From Thermoplasmata archaeon (GTDB lineage Archaea; Thermoplasmatota; Thermoplasmata; Lutacidiplasmatales; UBA184), in NCBI GenBank assembly GCA_021802125.1, contig JAKAAX010000001.1:173652-237651 (forward strand): a stretch of 64,000 nt of DNA. The letters run 5' to 3'. Shown here piece after piece: positions 26,318 through 35,259 of this stretch. Made by a program: the position numbers and the translations under genes. The notes below the pieces were generated by a model. That model saw nothing but the letters and a program-made list of their open reading frames with translations. It made no database searches and had not been told where the DNA came from. How positions within the stretch are numbered: position 1 is the first letter of the stretch; the number at the start of each line of letters is the position of its first letter.

Positions 26318-27054
26318 GGTCGGCCCAGGCGGAGGCCCCGCAGCCGCTGCTGCTGCTCGGGGTCGTCCGCGGTCCGGTGGCCGAGGGGAGCCGGGTCGTG
26401 GACGCGCTCGGAGCTTTCCGCCCCGACCTTCTCGCCATCGGGCTCTCCCCGGAGGAGGTGCGGGCGCTCCAGTTGCATTTCTCCGACCCGTACTCCGAGC
26501 CCTGGGTCCCTCTCGCCTCGGCAGAGCTCGCTTACGCCCGGGGCCTCGCCCGCTTCGGCCCCGTCCGCGTGCCTTCCCCCGCGTTCCTCGCGACGCTCGG
26601 CTGGGCCGGGGAGCACGGGGTCGAAGTGCAGGGGATCGAGCCCCCCGACGACACGTACAGCGAGCTCTTCCTCGAGCACGTCGGATACTTCGACCTCCTG
26701 CGGAGGACGCTCGCGGACAGGAAGCTCCAGAACGCTCCGCCCGAGGCCGAGGACCCCGAGGCGTTCGCGGTCCGCTGGGACGCGCGGACCCACCCGGGCC
26801 GGGGCTCGCGAAGGCTGCTGGAGGCCCGGGGCCGGATGACCCGGGAGGCGTTGCTGAAGCTCTGCAAGTCCGGCGGAAGCTCCGGCGACAGCGCATCGCT
26901 CAAGAACCGGGTCGCCTTGGTGGTCGACGTGGAGCGCTTCGACCCTCTCCTCCATGAGCTTCGAGAGGCCCGCTGGAGCGCGCTCCAAGAGCCTCCCCGC
27001 CTCTCCGCTCCCCCGTCGAACGCGAAGGGAAGGACCCCCTCGAGCTCCGCATGA
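26314..27054 (+). CDS. Conserved-looking hypothetical protein (possibly TraB-like fold)
   Basis: GTGA overlap with the upstream gene and ATGA overlap with ppx; LLGVVRG...FRPDLLAIGLSPEE, FGPVRVPSPAF. Confidence 0.65.
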   Translation: MRSAQAEAPQPLLLLGVVRGPVAEGSRVVDALGAFRPDLLAIGLSPEEVRALQLHFSDPYSEPWVPLASAELAYARGLARFGPVRVPSPAFLATLGWAGEHGVEVQGIEPPDDTYSELFLEHVGYFDLLRRTLADRKLQNAPPEAEDPEAFAVRWDARTHPGRGSRRLLEARGRMTREALLKLCKSGGSSGDSASLKNRVALVVDVERFDPLLHELREARWSALQEPPRLSAPPSNAKGRTPSSSA

Positions 27055-28742
27055 GCGCCTCCACAAGGTCGGTCACCGTGACCCAGCACACGGAGCGGCC
27101 TCCGCTCCCGAGTCCCCCCGGGCGCGGCACGCTCGTGAACCGCCTCTTGGAGGGCACCGCCGGCTTCGAGCTCTACGATCTGAGCTCGACGCAAGGGCGG
27201 GTGGAGGGCGCGGGGTCGTCCGGGTCGGGCACCCGGGAGCGGCCGCATCGACCGTTCGCGGTCATCGACCTGGGGTCGAACACCGCGCGTCTCGTGATCT
27301 ACCGGAGCGCGCCGGTGGGACCGCCCTGGAGCGTGTTCGAGAGCAAGGAGGACCCCCGGCTCATGGACGGCGTGCAGAAGGACGGGCGGCTCACGGAGCT
27401 CGCCCGCCGCCAGGGCGTGTCCACCCTGCTCCGGTTCCGGCGTCTGCTGGAAGTGCACGGGGTGCGCGACATCCGGGCCGTGGCCACGAGCGCGGTGCGC
27501 GACGCGCCGAACCGCGCCTCGTTCGCGAGCGAGGTCCAGCGTCGGTGCGGGTTCCGGCTCCGGGTGCTCTCGGCGGCCGACGAAGCGCGGTACGGCTACC
27601 TCGGCGTTGCGAGCTCCCTGCCGCTCCAGAACGACCTGCTCCTCGACCTGGGGGGTGGGTCGCTCCAGCTCATGGCCGTCCGGGAGGGCCGGCTCCGGGA
27701 GAGCCTCTCGATGCCGATGGGCGCCCTCCGACTCCACCGCCGGTTCCTCGAGCACGACCCGCCGAAGCGCAAGGAGCTCGAAGCGCTCGAGGAGCACGTC
27801 CAGAAGGGGCTGAAGCCCCTGGACATGCTTGAGGCCCCCGACGACGAGCGCACGATCGGGGTCGGGGGCACCACGCGCAGCCTCGCCCACGTCATGGAGG
27901 CGATCCGCAGCTACCCGCTCCCCCGCGTCCACGGGTACGAGATGCGCACGCGCGACCTCGAACGGCTCTACGAGATCCTCTCGGAGAGCTCGGTCCCGGT
28001 TCGCCGCGAGATCCCCGGGCTCTCGGCCGGCCGCGCGGACCTCGTCGTCGCGGGGCTCGCCGTCGTCCTGGGGGTGCTCCACCGCCGCGAGGCCGAGACG
28101 ATGATCGTCTCCGGCTGCGGCATCCGCGAGGGCATCGCACAGGAGACGCTCGGCCGCCACCTCCCCTCGAACGCGGAGGAGATGGCCCGCGGGAGCGCTC
28201 TGGCCGCGCTCTGGTCCTCCGGCCTGGACCCTTCGCACTCCCGCCGGGTGCGGGAAGTGGCGCTGGAGCTCTTCGACCTCACGGAGCGGAAGCATCGCTG
28301 GGGGGAGGAGGAGCGCCTGGCGCTCGAGATCGCCGCCCTCCTCCACGACATCGGCACGAGCTTCAGCTACCCCGGCCACGCGCAGCACTCGGCCTACTTC
28401 CTGAGGAGCCGGCCGCTCTACGGGCTCACCCACCGCGGCTTCTTGCTCGCCTCCCTCGCGGCGGGGATGCACGAGGGGGAGGACCTCCCGGGGGGCACTG
28501 GAAAGCGATATCCCTCTGTCCTCAAGGAGGACGACGTCAGGGTGGCGCGCACCTTGGGAGCGATGCTGGCGATGGCGGAGGCGGTAGGCGACCTGCGTCC
28601 GCGTCCCCACTTCCGGCGCCGGGGGGACCGCCTGGACGTCCGGGTCCCTGGGGGCGTCGCACCGAACCAGCGGCTCTTCGACCGGGCCTGCCGGTGGTTG
28701 GATCGAACCGTGGAGGTGAAGGTCCGTGCCCGCGCCGCGTGA
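27051..28742 (+). CDS. ppx: Ppx/GppA exopolyphosphatase with HD-like C-terminal domain
   Basis: AVIDLGSNTARL, VATSAVRDAPN, EARYGYLG, DLGGGSLQL, GVGGTTR, GRADL, GIREG, LLHDIG. Exact start uncertain. Confidence 0.92.
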   Translation: MSASTRSVTVTQHTERPPLPSPPGRGTLVNRLLEGTAGFELYDLSSTQGRVEGAGSSGSGTRERPHRPFAVIDLGSNTARLVIYRSAPVGPPWSVFESKEDPRLMDGVQKDGRLTELARRQGVSTLLRFRRLLEVHGVRDIRAVATSAVRDAPNRASFASEVQRRCGFRLRVLSAADEARYGYLGVASSLPLQNDLLLDLGGGSLQLMAVREGRLRESLSMPMGALRLHRRFLEHDPPKRKELEALEEHVQKGLKPLDMLEAPDDERTIGVGGTTRSLAHVMEAIRSYPLPRVHGYEMRTRDLERLYEILSESSVPVRREIPGLSAGRADLVVAGLAVVLGVLHRREAETMIVSGCGIREGIAQETLGRHLPSNAEEMARGSALAALWSSGLDPSHSRRVREVALELFDLTERKHRWGEEERLALEIAALLHDIGTSFSYPGHAQHSAYFLRSRPLYGLTHRGFLLASLAAGMHEGEDLPGGTGKRYPSVLKEDDVRVARTLGAMLAMAEAVGDLRPRPHFRRRGDRLDVRVPGGVAPNQRLFDRACRWLDRTVEVKVRARAA

Positions 28743-29469
28743 TCCGGTCCCGACCCCCGCCCGCCCCGTGCCGTCTCCCGGGGGGCTCCGGTCGTCGCAC
28801 TACCCTGGGCGCCTGATCGTCTTCGAAGGGCTGGACGGCAGCGGCAAGTCGACGCAGGCCCACCTGCTCCTCAAGTGGCTGTCCTCCCGCGGGTACCGCG
28901 CGTTCTTCACGGAGTGGAACTCCTCGGACCTGGTCTCCTCCATCATCCGGCGGGGCAAGAAGAAGAACCTCCTGACTCCCACGACCTTCTCGCTCCTCCA
29001 CGCGACGGACTTCGCGGACCGGTTCGAGCGTCACATCCTCCCTCCCCTCCGGGCGGGGTACGTCGTCATCTGCGACCGCTACGTCTACACCGCCTACGCG
29101 CGGGACGCCGCGCGCGGATGCGACCCGGACTGGGTCCGGAACCTCTACGCCTTCGCCGTCCCCCCGGACAAGACCTTCTACTTCCGGGTCCCGGTGGAGA
29201 CCGCCCACAAGAGGAAGGAGGCCTCCCGCCTGAGGATCAAGTACTACGAGGCGGGCATGGACATGAACCTCTCCCACGATCTGACGGAGAGCTACCTCCG
29301 CTTCCAGGGACTGCTGAAGCGCCAGTACGACGTCCTCGCCAGGACCGAGGGGTTCCAGATCATCGAGGCCGAGCAGGACATCGAGGCCCTGCAGCGCGAG
29401 GTCCGCAGCGCGGTCCGCCCGCTGCTCGGAGGATTCCCGAAGGAGGAGGTGCTGGTCCATGGCACCTAG
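28726..29469 (+). CDS. Thymidylate-kinase-like P-loop kinase 1 (candidate polyphosphate kinase catalytic subunit)
   Basis: LIVFEGLDGSGKSTQ, FTEWNSS, HATDFADR, CDRYVYTAYARD, YYEAGMD. Confidence 0.85.
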   Translation: MPAPRDPVPTPARPVPSPGGLRSSHYPGRLIVFEGLDGSGKSTQAHLLLKWLSSRGYRAFFTEWNSSDLVSSIIRRGKKKNLLTPTTFSLLHATDFADRFERHILPPLRAGYVVICDRYVYTAYARDAARGCDPDWVRNLYAFAVPPDKTFYFRVPVETAHKRKEASRLRIKYYEAGMDMNLSHDLTESYLRFQGLLKRQYDVLARTEGFQIIEAEQDIEALQREVRSAVRPLLGGFPKEEVLVHGT

Positions 29470-30265
29470 GAAGGAGGAGACCCCCTCCGGGGCGAAGAAG
29501 CGCGACGGACGCCTGTTCGCCTGGCACCGGCGCGAGTCGCGGAACAAGGTGGAGAAGCTGGGGTTCAACAACTACGGGACCCGCCTCCCGGGGATCGCAC
29601 CGGAGTCGCTCCGTGGGCACCTCATCGTCATCGAAGGGGCGGACGGCTCGGGGCGCACGACGGAGTGCGCGATGCTCAAGGAATACCTCGAGGTGCAGGG
29701 GCACGCGGTCCTGGAGACCGGACTGCGCCGGTCGAACCTGGTGAGCGAGCAGATCGACCAGGCGAAGCAGGGGCACGTGCTGGGAGCGACCACGATGGCG
29801 CTCTTCTACGCGGTGGACTTCGCCGACCAGCTCGAGAACAAGATCGTGCCCGCGCTCGCGGCGGGCAGCATCGTGCTCTCCGACCGGTACATCTTCACCC
29901 TCATGGCGCGGGCCGTGGTCCGAGGAGCGTCGCGGCAGTGGGCCCAGCACCTCTACGGGTTCGCCATCCGCCCCGACATGACGATCCTCCTCGAGACCCG
30001 CCCCGAGATCCTGCTCCACCGGGCCTTCGGCAGGTACGGGTCGCTCGACTACTGGGAGTCCGGGATGGACCTGGGGATCTCGCGGGACCGCTTCGAGAGC
30101 TTCTTCCGGTACCAGTCGCTGCTGAAGACGGAGTTCGACTGGATGACGAAGACCTACGGGTTCGTGAAGGTGAACGCGAACCGTACCCCGATGGAGGTCC
30201 ACCGCGACGTCCGCTCCTCGGTCCAGCGGCTGCTCGAAGGGGCACGGCTGGAGACCTTCCGCTGA
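29459..30265 (+). CDS. Thymidylate-kinase-like protein 2 with variant P-loop (candidate partner subunit)
   Basis: LIVIEGADGSGRTT (Lys replaced by Arg), DFADQLE, SDRYIFTLMAR, YWESGMD. Confidence 0.85.
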   Translation: MAPRKEETPSGAKKRDGRLFAWHRRESRNKVEKLGFNNYGTRLPGIAPESLRGHLIVIEGADGSGRTTECAMLKEYLEVQGHAVLETGLRRSNLVSEQIDQAKQGHVLGATTMALFYAVDFADQLENKIVPALAAGSIVLSDRYIFTLMARAVVRGASRQWAQHLYGFAIRPDMTILLETRPEILLHRAFGRYGSLDYWESGMDLGISRDRFESFFRYQSLLKTEFDWMTKTYGFVKVNANRTPMEVHRDVRSSVQRLLEGARLETFR

Positions 30266-30279
30266 GCGGGGATCGAGGC

Positions 30280-31209
30280 ATGGCCCACGCGGCGAGGAGG
30301 GCCGCTCTCGAGGTGAGGAGGCGGAAGGCGGGTCGTAGCGCGACCATCTCCCTCCGGGGCTTCCTTCGCCGGGCCCAGGTCCGGTCGCTCCATCTTCGCC
30401 GCTTGCTGACCCTCGTGGCGGGGGCCACGCGACCACCCCCCGGGGTGGTCCACGAGCTGCATCGCGAGCTGCGCCGGGCGCGCATCGATGTCCGGGTCCT
30501 CCGGCGGAGCCTGCCGAAAGGGGAGCGGGCCCGGCTCCGCAGCCTGGAGGAAGGCCTGGACCGGCTCTCGGAGCTCGCCGGGGAGGCCCGGGACTCGGAC
30601 GTCCTGCTGGCCTCGCTGGCCCGCCTGACGAAGGGCGCGCCCCCCGAGGTCCGGCGCGAAGCCCGCTCGCTCGGGCTCCGGCTCTCCCGGGAAGCCACGG
30701 TCCGACACCGGGACCTGCGGGCGGAGGCGCGCAAGAGTCTCCGCCGGGCCTCCGAGCGGCTCCCTCCCCTGGAGCGTCGCAGGGCTACGGGCGTTCAGGC
30801 GGCGCACCGCTTCCAGCGCGTGGTGACGGAGGAGCTCGGAAGGGCCCATGAGGACCTGGTCCGCTCGAGACGGCGGGCGGCAAGGCGGCCCTCGGTCCGA
30901 CGGCTCCACCGTCTTCGGATCTCCCTGCGCCGTCTCCGCCACCTTCGCACGTCCATCGCTCAGGTGCCCGAGCGGGCCGACCTCGACACCGGATGGCAGC
31001 GTCTCCAGAGAGACCTGGGGGTTCACCACGACCTGGCGGTCCTGGAGGAGCTCCTCCGTTCCTCCCCCCGCTCCTCCGGTCGAACGCGGCTCCGCAAGCT
31101 CCTACGCGAGCAGATGGACGAGCGCGTGGCCAGGGCCCGGCACCATCTGGAGCAACAGGAGGTCCCCAGTCCCGCCGCGACCGGACGGCGGCCTTCCCGG
31201 GCGCTCTAG
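30280..31209 (+). CDS. CHAD domain protein (polyphosphate-binding)
   Basis: VHELHRELRRAR, GEARDSDV, LHRLRISLRRLR, LQRDLGVHHDL; very Arg-rich. GAGG before the ATG at 30280. Confidence 0.85.
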   Translation: MAHAARRAALEVRRRKAGRSATISLRGFLRRAQVRSLHLRRLLTLVAGATRPPPGVVHELHRELRRARIDVRVLRRSLPKGERARLRSLEEGLDRLSELAGEARDSDVLLASLARLTKGAPPEVRREARSLGLRLSREATVRHRDLRAEARKSLRRASERLPPLERRRATGVQAAHRFQRVVTEELGRAHEDLVRSRRRAARRPSVRRLHRLRISLRRLRHLRTSIAQVPERADLDTGWQRLQRDLGVHHDLAVLEELLRSSPRSSGRTRLRKLLREQMDERVARARHHLEQQEVPSPAATGRRPSRAL

Positions 31210-31643
31210 CGCCGACGACGAGCGCCGCCGGTGCCCCGGTGGCTCCGCGGCTCTTCCCCGGGCGGACGGTCGTCGAGACCGATCGCGTTGCCCGACGGGT
31301 CCCAGACGGTCCCGCCATGCTCGTCTTCCCGCGTGACTCGCACGCCCTGGAGCTCCAGGAAGCTCGCCGCCTTCGCGAAGTCCTGGACGCGCAGGCGGAG
31401 CGGGGTCTCCAGGCCCTGGGGGCCGAGACCCAGGGGCGTGAAGTCCTCCTGCTCGAAGAGCACGATCTCCCCCCCACCCGTGGAGATCTTCACCCGCTGG
31501 CAGCACTCCGCGTGAGAGTCGTCAGAGACACGGAACCCCAACAGGTCGCGGTAGAAGGTCAGGGCCTGGCCCAGGTCGCGGACGCGCAGGACGATTTGGC
31601 CCATGTCCAGGACCAGAGGCTCGCTCGACTCCCGCGTTTGCAT
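31206..31643 (-). CDS. VOC/glyoxalase-family protein
   Basis: IVLRVRDLGQALTFYRDLLGF...WDPSGNAIGL. Confidence 0.8.
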   Translation of the reverse strand: MQTRESSEPLVLDMGQIVLRVRDLGQALTFYRDLLGFRVSDDSHAECCQRVKISTGGGEIVLFEQEDFTPLGLGPQGLETPLRLRVQDFAKAASFLELQGVRVTREDEHGGTVWDPSGNAIGLDDRPPGEEPRSHRGTGGARRRR

Positions 31644-31665
31644 GTGCGTGCCCGTAGGACCCTCC

Positions 31666-33318
31666 CTATTCTTGACCCCTGCGGCCCGGAGCGCGCGCTC
31701 CGAACCATCCCCGGTCGACAGGAGCGTCGAGCTCCTCCTCGCCGTCCGCGGCGCGGGAAGCGTCGGGATGCGAGCGCCGATCTCGGCTACCCGACCGACC
31801 CGGCTCCCGAGGTTCCTTGCCCCCGAGAACCCTCCCACCCCGGTTGCGGGATCGGCGTGACCAGAGATAGGCCACCACGAGGGCTGCAAGGACTACGCCA
31901 AGCCCCAAGTCGACCAGGAGCGCCGTCGAGAGCCCGTGCGAAGGGGGGGAAGTGGGCCCTTTCGTCGCGTTTGTTCCGGTCGTCGTGTTCCCCCCAGGGG
32001 GGTTCCCTCCACCGACCGGAGGCGGGGGCGGGGACCGTACCTCGAGAGGGACGGTCGCGAAGGTCGCGGCGCCGCGACCGTCGGTGATCTGGGCCGCGAC
32101 CGTGAAGTTCCCCACGACCGCGGGGACGCAGGTGAGCGAGGTCACGTTCGCTGGAGCGCATCCACCGGGGAGCCCGGAGTAGAGGACCGTGAGGCCCCCC
32201 GCGCCTCCCGTCGCCACGAGAGAGAAGAGGACCGCGTTCCCCTGGGTGACAGGGGAGGGGCTCACGGAGAAGGCGAGTATCCTGGGGAGCGGCTCCACCG
32301 CGAGAAGGGCGGTCGCGCTCACGTTGGCTCCGGCCTGGTCCTGCAGGTACACGGTCACCGTGTAGTTCCCGGAGGCGTTCGGGTCGCAGACGAGGGGGGA
32401 ACCGGTACCCTGCCCGCAGCCGGGAGGGAGGCCGGAGAACCACTGATGGAAGGGGGGACTCCCGCCCGAGACCGAGGCGTTGAGCGTCGTGTTCTCTCCG
32501 AGGTCGATCACCGAGGGGCGGATCGTCAGCGTGGGGAGCGTAGGGGGGCCCAACACCGTCAGCACCTCCGTGTGGAGCACGGACGCTCCCACGGCGTCCG
32601 TCGCGTTCAGGCTGACGTAGTACGTCCCGACCGTTGTGTACGTGTGCAGCGCGGAGATCCCGGTGGCGTTGGTCCCATCGCCGAGGGCCCAACGGAAGGT
32701 GTAGGGCGGGGTCCCCTCGTAGGGGACGGCGGTCGCCAGCTCCGGGATCCCCGCGTCGGTCGGGTCGGAGCGGAAGAACAGCCCGGCGGTGAAGGGAAGG
32801 TTCACCAGGACCTTGTAGGAAGCGTTCACCGAGGCGGCGGCGCTGTCGTTCGCCCACACGGTGACGGTCCCGTTCCCCGCGCTGGGGAAGGACCAGTTGA
32901 CCCAGGGACCAAAGGAGGCCCCGCTGCCCTGGTCGGAGCGCCACGAGAGGTTGTAGGGAGCCACGCCTCCCAGGACGACCGCGTGGAAGGTGACCTCGCG
33001 CGCCTCGTCCGTGACGTTGGTCGACGCAGAGATCGAGACGGAGAGCGTGGACCGCACATTCTCCGTACCGGGCTTCCTCGCCGTGTCGGCGGGGGGGAGG
33101 TGGGTGAGGGACGACGGGGGAAGGGCTTCGTGAGGTGGGGAGGACGCCTGTCCCTGGTAGAGAGGTCCTCCGACCGGAAGGAGAGGTCCAGCAAGGACCG
33201 GCAGCACGGGGAGGGCGAGCAGGAGAAGCGAGACGAGAAGCGCGAGCGGGCCGTTGTGGCGGAGTTGGGACCTGCTCCGCGATGCGGGGGGAGAGGCGGC
33301 CCTCGCGCCGTCGCTCAC
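31666..33318 (-). CDS. Membrane-anchored PKD-repeat surface glycoprotein
   Basis: Signal peptide, GTPPYTFRWALGDG PKD motif, two C-x9-C repeats, many NxS/T sequons, C-terminal TM helix and charged tail. Confidence 0.8.
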   Translation of the reverse strand: MSDGARAASPPASRSRSQLRHNGPLALLVSLLLLALPVLPVLAGPLLPVGGPLYQGQASSPPHEALPPSSLTHLPPADTARKPGTENVRSTLSVSISASTNVTDEAREVTFHAVVLGGVAPYNLSWRSDQGSGASFGPWVNWSFPSAGNGTVTVWANDSAAASVNASYKVLVNLPFTAGLFFRSDPTDAGIPELATAVPYEGTPPYTFRWALGDGTNATGISALHTYTTVGTYYVSLNATDAVGASVLHTEVLTVLGPPTLPTLTIRPSVIDLGENTTLNASVSGGSPPFHQWFSGLPPGCGQGTGSPLVCDPNASGNYTVTVYLQDQAGANVSATALLAVEPLPRILAFSVSPSPVTQGNAVLFSLVATGGAGGLTVLYSGLPGGCAPANVTSLTCVPAVVGNFTVAAQITDGRGAATFATVPLEVRSPPPPPVGGGNPPGGNTTTGTNATKGPTSPPSHGLSTALLVDLGLGVVLAALVVAYLWSRRSRNRGGRVLGGKEPREPGRSGSRDRRSHPDASRAADGEEELDAPVDRGWFGARAPGRRGQE

Positions 33319-33330
33319 AGCCCGCCTCGC

Positions 33331-33927
33331 CTACCGGTGGGAGACTCGGGCGCCCTTCCCCCTTCCGGTAGGACGGCGCCTCGCCTTGCGAGGTTTCGGT
33401 GCGCGAAGGGGGCGTTTTCCTCGGACACGCCGAAGTTGCCCACGGGTGAGCGCCCAAAGAAGCCTGCCTCCCCCCGGACGGAGGGGCCCGGGGAAGTCCA
33501 GGGCCACCGCGCCCCCCTTCGAGAACTTCAGCACCGAGAGCCCTTCGCCCGACAGGCAGTACCCCACGAACCGAGAGAGGAGGGGCTCGTGCCCGACGAG
33601 GACCAGGTCGCCCCGGCCCTTCGCCGTGCGCGCGCGAAGGAACAGGGCCTCCAGGGAGGCGTCCGGTTCGAGCTCGGCCCAGCCCACTGCCCTGTCCGCC
33701 GGGGTCCAGACGCTGCCCAGGATCGAGGCCGTCTCCCGTGCGCGCGCGAGCGGGCTCGTCGCGCAGGACCCCTGCCGCTCCAGGAGCTCGGCGAGGCCCC
33801 GCGCCGCGTCGACGAACTCCTTGCGGCCGTTCGTCTTCAGCGGGCGCTCCCGGTCGTCGGGCCAGCTGGCGAAGTCACGGGACCGCGCGGGCGCGTGGCG
33901 GAGGAGCACCCAGCGCCGGCCGACCAT
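33331..33927 (-). CDS. sixA: SixA-like histidine phosphatase
   Basis: LLRHAPA, DDRERPL, TSPLARARETA, LVGHEP, KGG. Confidence 0.85.
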   Translation of the reverse strand: MVGRRWVLLRHAPARSRDFASWPDDRERPLKTNGRKEFVDAARGLAELLERQGSCATSPLARARETASILGSVWTPADRAVGWAELEPDASLEALFLRARTAKGRGDLVLVGHEPLLSRFVGYCLSGEGLSVLKFSKGGAVALDFPGPLRPGGGRLLWALTRGQLRRVRGKRPLRAPKPRKARRRPTGRGKGARVSHR

Positions 33928-33972
33928 CCGTTCCCCTGGGCGAGCGGACCGGCTTCTCGCGACCTCAGCCGC

Positions 33973-34518
33973 TCAGCTGTCGTCCTCTCGCAGGACGCGG
34001 GTGAGGATGTCCCGCGCCTTCGACTGGAGGTCGGAGAGCGGGCCCTCGTTCACGATCATGTAGTCCGCCAGCGCGAGCGCGTTCCCGATGCCCCACTTGA
34101 GCTCGCGGCGGTCGCGTTCGTAGAACGCCTCCATCGAGAGGCTGTCGTCACCGCGGCCGCGGTGGGTGAGCCGCTCGAAGCGGGTGTCGGGGGAGGCGTA
34201 GACCCCGAGGACGGTGAGGTCGCCGAAGTTGTGGCGGAAGACCGTGACCTCGGCGTCGGAACGGCAACCGTCGATGAGCGTCTTGGTCTCGGTGATCTTC
34301 GGGACGATCTTCTTCGCCCAAACCGAGGGGCCCTGCCGGTCCCGTTCCTCGTTCGCGACGCGCGCGTTGTTCTTGTCGTTGATGGGGAGGTTCCGCCGCC
34401 GGACCTCGTCGCGGACCAGGTCCCCCATCTTCATGACGTGGAACCCCAGCATCTTCGCGACGCCGACGATCTCGTCCTTCCCGGATCCCGGGAGACCCAC
34501 CGTCACCACGAGCTTCAT
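33973..34518 (-). CDS. Archaeal P-loop kinase, UPF0200/dephospho-CoA-kinase-like
   Basis: VGLPGSGK, MGDLVR, IDGCRSDAE, RFERLTHRGRGDD, RDRRELKWGIG, ADYMIVNEG. Confidence 0.85.
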   Translation of the reverse strand: MKLVVTVGLPGSGKDEIVGVAKMLGFHVMKMGDLVRDEVRRRNLPINDKNNARVANEERDRQGPSVWAKKIVPKITETKTLIDGCRSDAEVTVFRHNFGDLTVLGVYASPDTRFERLTHRGRGDDSLSMEAFYERDRRELKWGIGNALALADYMIVNEGPLSDLQSKARDILTRVLREDDS

Positions 34519-34533
34519 GCGCGGACGGTTTCC

Positions 34534-35199
34534 CTAGTGCCCGAGCCCCGGGGCCAGTGTCTCGGGCTCCGTGGCTTTCTGCATCCGGTCGGCCATGAGG
34601 GTAAAGGCCCGGGACTCGGCCTCCCACTGCTTCGCCTTCTCGATGTGCATGTCGGAGAGGACCTTCTTCTGAGAGGCGATCTGCAAGTGGTGGGCCGCGG
34701 CGTGCTCGAGCGACTTGGCCTTGCGTTGGAGCCCGGCCATCTTCTGCTGGATCTTTCGGATGCGGACATGGATCCTCGATTGGTCATGGGGCGCGACGGC
34801 GCCGGAGGCGGTGCCGCTGGCTCCCATCTGCAGGAGCTTCTGCTGCTCCTTCTGGTCGGACTCCAGGTCGGGGAGCTTCCCGAGGGTCGCCTGTTCCTTC
34901 TCACGAAGCACCGTCGCCCGGTGGCGGTGCTTCTCCATCACGGTGGTGAGGCGGGAGGCGCGGTGACGCTCCTTGAAGGCCATCCGCTCGTACTTCGCCG
35001 CCTCCTCCCGGAGCTTGGCGATGGAGGCGTACCCCATGCTCATGAACCGGGCGCTGCGGTCGACGTCCAACGTCGAACCGCTGGGGGGAAGGGACGTCGT
35101 GCTCGAGGAGACACCCGCCCCTGTAGAGGAGGTACCCCCGGCGGCCTGCGAGCCCGACGCGGGGAGGGGTGGGGAGGGAGGTTCCTGTTGACCAGGCAT
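34534..35199 (-). CDS. Hypothetical basic coiled-coil protein
   Basis: Two long helical segments rich in K/R/H/E/Q; co-oriented with neighbours; AAATAAG about 30 nt upstream. Confidence 0.65.
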   Translation of the reverse strand: MPGQQEPPSPPLPASGSQAAGGTSSTGAGVSSSTTSLPPSGSTLDVDRSARFMSMGYASIAKLREEAAKYERMAFKERHRASRLTTVMEKHRHRATVLREKEQATLGKLPDLESDQKEQQKLLQMGASGTASGAVAPHDQSRIHVRIRKIQQKMAGLQRKAKSLEHAAAHHLQIASQKKVLSDMHIEKAKQWEAESRAFTLMADRMQKATEPETLAPGLGH

Positions 35200-35259
35200 G
35201 AAGGCCCGAGAAGGGGTATCGACCCGCCTTATTTCAGTTCTTGTCCGGTGGAGGACCGC

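Noticed and set aside
28726-30265. Plain duplicated dTMP kinase, or a decayed second copy
   Set aside because: Both ORFs are intact, divergent and embedded between ppx and CHAD; a polyP role fits better.
31666-31760. Third copy of the RPIDEVAPDPFGG motif (LDAPVDRGWFG)
   Set aside because: Similarity is too weak to claim.
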